Of a DNA stretch of 64,000 nucleotides, positions 1 through 9,689 are shown piece by piece (position 1 is the stretch's first letter; every line of letters begins with the position of its first letter). The stretch is taken from NCBI GenBank assembly GCA_010405405.1, contig MU004230.1, positions 2,514,627 through 2,578,626 on the forward strand, given 5' to 3'. Made by a program: the position numbers and the translations under genes. The notes below the pieces were generated by a model. The model was not told the DNA's origin, did not search any database, and saw only the letters and a list, made by a program, of their open reading frames with translations. The DNA is from Microthyrium microscopicum. Its lineage: Eukaryota.

Positions 1-133
1 TATTTGTACCACTATCACCACTGATCATGCTTCACATTTACCGGTGAAATGGACTCCATATAGCATCAGACGCCCCAGCATATTCGCGGTTGCCTCAGAT
101 CCACTCTTTTATATCGATTGGCCCCTATACAAC

Positions 134-2725
134 ATGTCGCAACTCGAGACTCTCACATTTCCACCCTCCAGCGTTCTGCTCGAAGCCGCGAAAAATGGCA
201 CCGGAGCCAATGCCTTTAACGGCGCCAACACACTCCCTTCGGCCTCCATGACACTAAAAGATCCCGTTGCCATGCACTTGCTGGTCGAAACCGCGCTCGG
301 AGACAGTCAAGGCTTCGACGTTCTATCATACGAAGAGCTAGACGCCCTCAAGAAAGAAGATGAAATGCTGCTCAAACGGATTGATGGGCTACGGAGGAAA
401 TTGGCGCTAGAATCGAAGGTTAGGGATGCTGCACAATCGCTCAAACGGTTATATTCGCGGCCGAATTCTGCTTTGTCGCAATCACAATCGGCGACTATGA
501 ATCCAGAGACGCAGCAAAGAACTGAACGGGAGCTGGAAGAAAGCACCAAGAAAGTAAATGAGATCAGTCGGGAGCTGTATTTTTCGGAAGACCGGTCAAG
601 GTCTGTGCAGATGCGTTTGCTAAGGCATACAGCCGGTGTCTTGCAAACGACATATGGCAATGGCCATCGACCTAAGATGAATGATTTTGGTCTTCCTGGT
701 GGTCGTCCTCTGAGTCCAGATAGCTTGAATATGGACGACGATGAGCTGGATCGGACTTATGGAGATCAAGATGGTGTTGGAGATTTGGATGGATTTCTGG
801 ACCAATTGCGAAGAGACAGTCAACCGAAAGGATCAAGAGGTGATGGAAAAAGAAGAGAGGCTCAATTGGCGATCGGAAAACAGCTGGAAGATCTTAATGA
901 CTTTGTCCAAGAGATCATTGGACAAGTTAATCCCAATAATGCCATGGCAAGGAGTACGCCGCCAAAGATTTCTGCAGAACCTCAGGCTGTGGACAATACG
1001 ATATTTGAACAACTCAACTTCTTAAATCGTGGCTTGGACCAAATCAAATCTGAGCAAAAGACAATTCGCATGTCGCGTCAATTGCGCAGCACACCAGGGA
1101 CTCCTACAACTCAACTTCAAAATTCAAGACTCCAGTCAGAGCTAGAGACAAGTATTCAGGAAAATCTTGCTCTACAACGTCAATACGATGAGACTGAAGA
1201 TATGATGGCCAAAATGCTTGAAGAACTCAATCTCAAATTCGTCGATGCCCTATCGGCTGCTCCATCTTCACAAAACGATACCCCCACAGTGCCCACTCCA
1301 GCAGCAGGGCCGACTGCTCAGATCAAATACGCCCAAGATCGTATCGCTGGAATCACTCGCATCATAACCTCCCTCTCAGAAGCCGCATCCCGGTCCCGCG
1401 CTGGCTCCGCCTCGAACGACAAGACAGCGCAGTATGAAGTAGTCCTCGAAGGCCTCTGGCAAATCATGCTCGCTGGCGAAGACGACGCCCGTCAACGGAA
1501 ACAAGCCGAACGCGCTGCCATCTCAGCCCGCAAGCCCGCCAACGCCGAAGAGGATAGCGACGACGAAGTCTCCCCCGATGAAGATGATGGTCTACCCGAC
1601 CAATTTAGTCTATCAGCATTCAGCACCAAAGTCCAATTTCTCGTCTCCAAAAGCTCGTATCTTAAAGAAAAACAAGCAGATCTCCGTCGTCGCATGCGGC
1701 AAATGCGAGACATGTACGCCGCCCGCGATGCCTCAACGGCCACCAGTTCTCAATCCACCAGCACTGAACTTGCTCGTATAAACGACCTCTACGCCACAGC
1801 AAAAGAAGAACTGGCCGACGTAGAAGCCCGTTTCCAGCAAAGTGATTCGCGCGCCCGAACTCTCCAATCCGACCTCGACCGCGCCGCAACCAATGCCCTA
1901 GATGCACGCACAGACCTGCAAAATCAATTGGTAGCTGTGGAACAACGCGCCAGCACGCTCGAACAAGCCGTCGCCTCAGCACAAGAGACACGCGCCGATG
2001 CCATGGCGCGCGCGGCAAAAACAGCCAAAGATTTGGAAGCACTCGAAGGCGAAGTCGTCCGGCTCAAGAGCGAACTAACTATATGCAAAGCCGAACTTGA
2101 CGCGAGCTACGGCTCCCGCCAGGAACGTGCAGCCGACGCCGCAAAAGCAGTCGAATCCGAAAAGCTAGCTTCCATGACTGCGCTCAACGCACAATTGACC
2201 ACCGAGCTCGAAACACTGCGTGCTGAACACTCCACCGCGCGCTCAGCAGTCAGCGGTGCAAGCGAGAAGGAGACAGCCCTCAAGTCTGAGCTGGCAGCAA
2301 CGCTTGCTGAATTCGAAGAGTTGACGAAAGCCTCTGTTGAAGCGGAGCGCGAGCGCGAGGCTATGGAGATGCAAGTCGATAAGTTACGCGATAGCGTAGA
2401 AAAGCTCGAAGGTCAATTGGATGAGGAGAAGATTGGGAAGATGGGAGCGCCGCCGTCTACGGGGGATGGAGTGCCAGCGCAGACCACGAGCGCGGTTGTG
2501 TTGAGGAACGAGTTTAAGAAGATGATGAAGGATATGCGGGCTGAGAACCTCAAAGCATTACGCGTAAGTTATACATACTGCTACAAGAATAGTAGGCTTT
2601 TGTGCTAACCATTGATTTAGGCTGAACAGGATGAGCGACGTAAGCTGGAGGCGCAGATTCGCGTATTGAAGAAGGAGCAAGGTGCGGCGGGTAAGGGGAT
2701 ATTGGGTCGTGTTATGGGGACTTGA
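134..2725 (+). CDS. Uds1 (up-regulated during septation)-domain coiled-coil protein
   Basis: ATG 134 is in frame with ORF 44..2608. N-terminal DPVAMHLLVETALGDSQGFDVLSYEELDALKKE...RRKLALESKVRDAA resembles the Uds1 domain, followed by long coiled coils. Intron 2564-2620 (GTAAGT..GCTAAC..TAG); last exon ends at TGA 2725. Upstream exons cannot be excluded at the window edge. Confidence 0.8.
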
Positions 2726-3182
2726 TAGGATGCCATTTGGCTGCTTTCAGCAGGGGATGCTCTACAAGCGTATAGATATTAGATTGGAGTGATCACTTCT
2801 GTCCAACAGGCTAGATTTTAAGACGCTTTTTGGAATCAAAACTCTAACCGTTTTTACTGATTTGATATATTGTAAATCTTGTTCCCAATGTGCTTCAACC
2901 ATGCCATTTGGTGTGAGTAATACCTTATGCTTGCAATGCTCTAAATCAAATTTTGGGATCTGAATCTGTTAATTATTGAGGACTAAGAGTTCCAGACGGA
3001 CAGGTACTGGAGTTGTCATGATAAATAAAAGGGGTAAGCTGTATTGAATCCAAGAGTTACGAGGCTAAGTTGGTAATGATCACTAGCGCTCTTGGCAAGA
3101 ACTAGCGTTCCCAAAAATCATCGTCAACTTCAATGATGCGGATCTCAATCCACAGACAATTATTCTGCAGAAAACAACAATC

Positions 3183-4350
3183 ATGCCACCACGAATCAAT
3201 ATTATATCGACAGCGCGCAATCTTGCGTTCAGGTCTAAACACAACAATGGCCGAACCTGCCACGCTTCTCGCCTGCCAACAATATCACCATACATCAACA
3301 CCAGATCGCTCTCATCATCCAAAGATCTGCCCACTTCCCCTGACCAAAAAGGCCCAAACACAGACCCTCAAAGCACCGGGCTGCCCAGCGTCAGCGAAGA
3401 GGCCAATATGACAAGCAAAATCGAAGGAGGCAAAGGTCCGGACCTCGAGCAAGGCACGCCCGTGCAAGAGGTCGTCAAACGCGATCCTGAAGCCCAGAAA
3501 CATCTTCCAAAAGTCATGAAAGAAGAGCTGAAGAAGTCGGAAAACAAAACACCTGGCAGTACACGGCAATTCTCAACATATGCTCGCCAGCGGGAAGAGC
3601 TCACCACACAAGGACCGCCATCCACCCCCGATGCCATCGTTGGTGCTGGAATGGAATCATTGGATACACCAGACGTCCTCTCCGCCTCAGAAGCAGACGA
3701 GCTCGCCGAATTCGAGAACGACCTCGTCGAAGCAGACGCTTCGCCCCTCCCCGCGCTTAAGCCGGACGACATCTTCACAAAGCGATATCCCGCGATCATT
3801 GACCAGTTGGTCGGCCAAGTCCAAGCCCACGGTAAAAAGTCTGTCGCCCAAAAAGTACTGCCCTCCGACTTTCCTCCTTACTATCCTCCCTACTAACAAC
3901 CTCCAGAACGTAGCAACAATCCTCTCAATCCTCCGCTCCTCCCCACCACCAAAACTAAACCCCGCTCGTCCCCTTCTCCCCGGCCATCCACCCGCCTCAT
4001 TCCTCCCCCTAAACCCAATCCTCTACCTAACCCTCGCCATCGACTCCCTCGCGCCTCTGATCCGGCTGCGCGCAGAGAAGGGTGCGGCTGGAGGAGGAGC
4101 GTCCCTCCTCATTCCGATGCCATTGCAGATGCGGCAAAGACGGTTCGTGGCGATGAAGTGGGTGCTTGATGCGGCAAGGAAACGGAAAGACAAGACGTTT
4201 CCGCATCGTGTGGCGGATGTGATTGTTAGTGTTGTGGAGGGGAAGAGTGCGCTGTGGGAGAGGAGGATGAATTTGCATAAGATGGGTGTTGCGAGTCGGG
4301 TGAATGTCAATTATTTTCAGCAAAAGAGTGGGCGGAAGAGACGGATGTAA
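3183..4350 (+). CDS. RSM7: Mitochondrial ribosomal protein uS7m
   Basis: Intron 3855-3906 (GTACTG..TACTAAC..CAG) joins HGKKSVAQK to NVATIL. The C-terminus has S7 motifs (AIDSLAPLI, PMPLQMRQRRFVAMKW, LHKMGVASRVN). N-terminus is basic and presequence-like. Confidence 0.9.
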
Positions 4351-4669
4351 AGTGTATGATGGGTGGGCATAGTTTGGGACATTGCGTGTTGCATATAAGA
4401 GCGGCGTAAACTATCAAAACAGTAACAAGAAGTTGGAGTTTTGACCCCAAAACCACTAAGAAGAATTATGTGAGATAGTATATTGATCACTCAAAGCATC
4501 CAGTATGAAGAGTTTTGATATCGTCTTTGGCTGACCCAACCTGCCAGGTATTGTCCTCAGGGTCATCATAGTTCATCGGTCCTTTACCAATATATACACA
4601 CTATACTTCGCCATCGCTACAAGCCTTTAGAGAGTCGCCTTGCCTCCCAGGAAACTATAGTGCTGAGTA

Positions 4670-4966
4670 GCTCATGGAATGCTCCTCCTCCGTTGTTTCA
4701 ACATACTTTCTGCCAAATACCTAATGCTACTGTTGTGCTCATGTTTGGCTTCCATTCTCTCTCAAGCCTACACGAGCCTCGAGGCCTATCAGGAAAATGA
4801 TGCATAAATACATCCTGAGCAAGTTCGTGAAGAGGTTCGTATAATAGCCCTCTAAACGCTGGCTACAAAGGCCAAGTAGGCCATATATCTTGTCTTGTGG
4901 TCTCTCACAGCACCAATAGCTATGGTGGTCGTGTCGGAGCAGAATACGATAAGCTCGTGCAATCAT
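4670..4966 (-). pseudogene. Probable decayed fragment of a HET-domain (heterokaryon incompatibility-type) gene
   Basis: CERPQDKIYGLLGL (4868-4909) resembles the D-P-x-D-K-I-Y-G/A-L-L-G-L motif found downstream of the HET domain. Plausible flanking peptides lie in other frames and there is no long ORF. Confidence 0.45.
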
Positions 4967-5360
4967 TTAAAAGAACTGAGATGCAATGAGGTCCATATCA
5001 AGACGTAAAGACATACCTGACAGTGAAAGAAGGAGGAACGCAACAACAATAAATATTGCACCTAGATCTTGACATACATTTTCTCATTACGACCAGCTAC
5101 TTCCACCGTCCAATTGCCAGTCCGCACATCAAGCAACTACAACCATACAGTGTTTACGCCCCCCTTTCATCGCCATCTCTCAACCGATAGCTTTCAAACA
5201 ACTCATCCTACGTATCATCACAATACAGAAATACCTTACACTCATTGTTCAAACCTTCAATTCATACCAACCACTGCCTAGATACCACCCAACATACTTC
5301 TCATTTACTTTACTCTCTCACCCTATCACTGTTCATCGCAACCTGTCCACTGCAAAAGCA

Positions 5361-6490
5361 ATGAGCAATGCCGTTCCGAAGACCACTAGCAAGTTTCTCC
5401 ATAAACATTCCCAGCCTCAAACGATCACCTCTTCGACGCCGACGGGGTCCGCGGGCACCAAGACTTCCTCGGGCTCCGCGAGGTCCACGGCGTGGGCTAC
5501 GCGGGCTCTTCCCAAGGCGTTCAAGAGCACCCAGGCATCCGAGCATTTCCAGGGCACCGCCATTGGCGTCAGGCGCTTCGGCCCGAGGGTCCTTGAAGCC
5601 GAAAAAACTACGGATGGGCCTGTGGACGCGGTAATCGATGTGAGTTGTTGATGTGTGCTTTAGTGGATGGTATGGGATTGTGCTGATGAGTTTGATAGGA
5701 CGTGATTCCAGACCCTATCGAAGATGCTGCCGACGCAGTAGCGGACGTTGTTGAAGATGCTGCTGTGGTAGAGGCTGTCACTGAAGAGGCTACCGCCGCT
5801 GAGGGGGAGATTACCGAAGAGGCTACCGCAGCAGAAGAAGAAGTTGTCGAAGAAGCTCCCGTCGTCGAAGAAGTTGTCGAAGAAACTCCGGCAGCCGAAG
5901 AAGAGGTCGTCGAAGAAGCTCCTGCCGCAGAAGAAGAAGTCGTTGAAGAAGAACCAGCTCGTAAGCCCTCCGTCATCGTCCTGCAAGACGACAAGACGGG
6001 CAAAGCCCAAGCAATTGAAGTTGTCGACATAACTGATGCCTCCGAATCAGAATCAGAAGAGGAACCGGACCCCGAGCCAGAGGCGATCGAAGAAGTCATC
6101 GAGGAAGAAGAAGAGGATCCTCCAGCCCCAACCCGCGCTCCTACTGCAACATCATTAGAAGTCGTCAACGATCCAATTTCTCGCAAGTCGACAATCCTTG
6201 TCAAAGTCGACGATGAAGTCATCGCCGAAATTCCAGCAGACGTTCCTATCGATCCTCCAGCAGAGGTTACCGCCGACGATGTTGCCGATGCTGTATCAGA
6301 CATCGAGGAGGAGGAGGAAGCTCTCGAGGATGCCGCTCCGCTAGACCAGGTTACGACTGTCATTCGACCAATTCTCAAACATCCTCATCTTGGACCTTTA
6401 TTGATGAAGATTCTGGTCAAATTCATGCCGGCAGACAAAGCCATGAAAACTCTGATCAAAATGCACATATACGGAGTTCAAATTCCTTGA
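5361..6490 (+). CDS. Orphan Glu/Ala/Val-rich acidic repeat protein (~356 aa)
   Basis: Exon 5361-5639, phase-0 intron 5640-5698 (GTGAGT..GCTGAT..TAG), exon 5699-6490 in frame with ORF 5702..6490. Contains EEEVVEEAPAA repeats. Confidence 0.7.
5368..5634 (+). CDS. Candidate overlapping Arg/Pro-rich basic microprotein (88 aa)
   Basis: 22 Arg, 4 Lys, no Asp or Glu. xPR tripeptide repeats are encoded with varying synonymous codons and all six Arg codons are used. Confidence 0.45.
   Translation: MPFRRPLASFSINIPSLKRSPLRRRRGPRAPRLPRAPRGPRRGLRGLFPRRSRAPRHPSISRAPPLASGASARGSLKPKKLRMGLWTR
5780..5960 (+). repeat. Coding tandem repeat (30-33 nt units, EE(E)VVEExPAA / TEEATAA)
   Basis: Repeated gaagaag(a)agttgtcgaagaa units are directly visible. 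Confidence 0.85.
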
Positions 6491-6610
6491 GACTTTGGAA
6501 ACACATTGTTTGGTTCGTTATTCCCTAAATTTGGAGGAAAATTGGTAAATAATGTTTCTTGTCTCCCTTTATCCTAGAATTCGACAGTTTCATTTCTAAT
6601 CAACCGTATC

Positions 6611-6940
6611 TCATCCAATATGAAGTTCTCTGACACTTCGTCTTGCTTCTGAAAGTCCCGAGTCCAGTTGGCCGTTGGCATTGCGTACTTTCATGGCGTC
6701 GTGTAGTTTGATTAGATCTTTGGCTCGTTTTAGATCGGGATCCTCATCCGATTCTTCTGGTGACTCCTTGGTAGATTTGCTGTCGCCTGTACTTGCGGGC
6801 GCAGGGCGTACTGATACGAGGTTTTGTGCAGCTGATGGATCCTGTATCTTGTCAGCACGTCATGATGGAAGCCCTTGCTTGGGTCAACTTACACATGCTC
6901 TCAAAGAGATGAGATCCGATAGCAGCTCAGCGACCCTCAT
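6611..6940 (-). CDS. Small hypothetical protein, 92 aa (missed by ORF track)
   Basis: Exon 6940-6893 MRVAELLSDLISLRAC, intron 6892-6842 (GTAAGT..GCTGAC..CAG), exon 6841-6611 DPSAAQNLV...DEDPDLKRAKDLIKLH...ELHIG-stop. Clean phase-0 splice. Confidence 0.8.
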
Positions 6941-7107
6941 TTTGAGCTTTGCTGATATATGAAGGAAACTTTGTTGAAGCTGTTGGCAATGTTGAAGACT
7001 TGAAGTTGGGAATGGACCCACTCGGACCCTGAGGCTGATCGGATTTGTTTCCGAAAACCCTCAAGCAGTAAACCCCCTGTTCATCATCCATCCTCAACAA
7101 TTAATCA

Positions 7108-7656
7108 TCAAAACTTTGCAACCATCTCCTCCTTTCCTGCCAGCGAAGCCAGCGCAGTCTTTCTCTCAACCTCCGTATCCGCCGCCCGTAATGCCATAAC
7201 CCGCAGCATCATCCATGCATGCTCGTCCATCCCCCCACTAACAACCTCCCCATCCTCATCGATCGCCGAAAGCGCGCTCTTGATCCAAGTCACACAGTTC
7301 CATCCCTCCACACCCTGCTCAATCGGTAAATCTCTTATCAACTCCAGAAAGCGCTCATTGTCCAGTATGTCGCCGATGGGGATTTGCGCGAGGAGTTTCT
7401 GGGTGCCAGTGGGGTTGACGCGGATTTCTTCGTAGAGCCAGTGGGTTTCGCTGGGACCGGAGTGGTAGTCTCGCGCGTGGAACCTCGTGGCTTTCTTGAT
7501 AATGGTGGGTTCGTTGAGGATTGGTAGAGGTTGTGGAGGGACGGCCAGGAGAGCCCAGTGGTAGCGGCCGTCGTCTTCAGCTTCTTCGGTTTCGTAGAAA
7601 TCACGGGTGTAGAGGGCGATGTAGAGCTTCTCCTGCTGGAGAGATGGGTCCGTCAT
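7108..7656 (-). CDS. Fungal hypothetical protein (LYIALY..YHWAL..WNCVTW type)
   Basis: Intronless 182-aa ORF with an HW and NC motif pair. C-terminus is AKF. Confidence 0.75.
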   Translation of the reverse strand: MTDPSLQQEKLYIALYTRDFYETEEAEDDGRYHWALLAVPPQPLPILNEPTIIKKATRFHARDYHSGPSETHWLYEEIRVNPTGTQKLLAQIPIGDILDNERFLELIRDLPIEQGVEGWNCVTWIKSALSAIDEDGEVVSGGMDEHAWMMLRVMALRAADTEVERKTALASLAGKEEMVAKF

Positions 7657-8431
7657 GCGAATAGCGGCCTGGGCAAGTATATCTACTTTGTGTTGTGTTT
7701 TTGCGAAATTAAAGAATTTGTTGGCTTGTGGAGTTCAGACTTTGGTTGTTGGCGGAGTCTTATGTTCACTTTCTATGCCCACAACTGTTTACTGTGGAAT
7801 AGTAAACTGTGTAGTTGAATATTTGACACTTCTGAATAATAAGGAAGGTGAGAGCATTAGTCGCAAAATTTGTGCTTGGAAAGCACACTGCTGCGATACG
7901 GGATGTATCGGATACATGGTAGGTACATAATTAGCGAGTGCTCTAGCCCAAAGACTGTAAATGTCGGAATATGTCGCTTGTTCGCTGCAAACAGATCTGC
8001 TAGCATTTGCTTTTGTCTTTGTCGTCCTTTTGGCTATGAGGCTCTGTTGTTCATGGTCACTTTTATATCGCATTTCAGTATCTTTGGTATTCAACATAAT
8101 TCCGAGAAGCTGGGAAGCCGATAACAACTAGAAGAATACTCTACCATAAGTTAGATAAAAATGATAGCGTGTTAGGTACTAGTACATATGACAACAATTA
8201 TGCTAGAGAACTCTTTTGCGGATGAAAATCTGCCTCGTAGTAGCCTCACAATAGCGGAAGACCATTTCTTTTCTTAGAACGAACATGGAGTTAATTTGGA
8301 TATAATCGCCATGTTCCAAATTATTACATATAAATGTGTTTCAATCAAAGCGCATTGACAGAAAGTCCGTCAGATCGTGTGCCGCAACTTCAACATCAAC
8401 TCCCGAGGTCGCCAACCACAACTTCAACAAG

Positions 8432-8475
8432 CTCCAGAGCTCCACCCTCCACTCTCCAGAGCTCCACCCTCCACT
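8432..8475 (+). repeat. Perfect 22-bp tandem duplication upstream of the FAH-family gene
   Basis: ctccagagctccaccctccact x2 (8432-8453, 8454-8475). Confidence 0.9.
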
Positions 8476-8507
8476 CTTAAAACTCTCCGACTGCCTCTAT
8501 CCAAGCA

Positions 8508-9377
8508 ATGGCTACAGCCTCAGCAGTTGCGCGCAATTGCCGCAAGGTAAGTTCTTACCTTGTTAGCTTCAGGGCAAGAAACTCACGATAGACCAGGTAA
8601 TGTGCATCGGCCGCAACTATGCGTAAGCCTCGAGCTCCCAACTCAACATACACTAGTACATAAACTGACATGCGCCATAGGGATCACATCAAAGAACTCA
8701 ATAATGCGCGCCCCAAACAACCCTTCTTCTTCCTCAAACCGCCCTCTTCTATCCTCGTACCTGGTGGCGGTCCACTCTTGCGCCCAGCAGGCGTCAAGCT
8801 ACACTATGAAGTCGAATTGGGCCTCATAATCGGCAAGACAGTCCGCAACTTGAAAGAGAGTGATACGCAAGGTGCTCTTGATGCTATAGCTGGTATGTTC
8901 ATACTCCTTCCTACCCACATCCTATTTCTCTTACTTACCTACTTCGTAGGCTATATCCTAGCAATCGACATGACAGCCCGTAACGTCCAAGACGAAGCCA
9001 AAAAGAAGGGTCTCCCGTGGTCCATCGCCAAAGGATTCGACACCTTCATGCCCATATCCAATCCGATCCCGAAAGGCGCAATCCCAGACCCCCACAACGT
9101 GAATCTATGGCTCAGTGTGAATGATAAGGTGGTGCAAAACGATAATACGAATTTGATGTTGTTTCAAATCCCAAGACAGCTTAGCGATATCAGCCGGGTG
9201 ATGACGCTAGAGGCGGGCGATATTGTGCTAACGGGCACGCCCAAGGGGGTGGGCAGCGTGGTTGTTGGTGATGTGTTGAAGGGTGGTTTAAGCGTGGATG
9301 GGAAAGAGGTTGAAGAGGCGGGATTGGAGGTTACGGTTGCGGACAGTGATACGGACTATACATTTGGCGAAACGTAG
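8508..9377 (+). CDS. Fumarylacetoacetate hydrolase family protein (FAHD1/Fmp41-like)
   Basis: Introns 8547-8596, 8623-8680, 8893-8949 give KVMCIGRNYADHIKEL, FFLKP, HYEVEL, DMTARNVQ, WSIAKGFDTF, GDIVLTGTPKGVG. Confidence 0.92.
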
Positions 9378-9689
9378 TGGATAGTGATACGGATTATACG
9401 TTTGGCGAGACGTAGCGTATGGGAAATACGAGACGAGCAATTGAGCGGTTTGATATGCATGGGAAGAAAGGAAACTGGCAATGCTTGTGATATTGTCTTC
9501 ACTGTTCATCTAAATCATACAGTCGTCCGGTATATACTACAAGCGACATGAACACCCAGCAACCAGTCAGGAAAAGTCCTTGAATGTCCAGCGCGTACTA
9601 CAAGATCCTAGTCTTCCCTGACACGATTAGCCATCCATCTCATAACACGTTCACAGTAAGATATTCTCCTATCAATGAGAACAGCTCCA

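Noticed and set aside
5780..5960. Repeat array as possible CRISPR
   Set aside because: Coding tandem repeat with no unique spacers, in a eukaryotic context with no cas genes.
5608..6378. 256-aa Ser-rich minus-strand ORF
   Set aside because: Antisense shadow of the Glu-rich repeat (GAA read as TCT/TCC-type codons).
6675..6962. 95-aa plus-strand ORF
   Set aside because: Antisense to the better supported spliced gene at 6611-6940.
7789..8127. 112-aa minus-strand ORF
   Set aside because: Non-ATG start, no motif, lies in a divergent promoter region.
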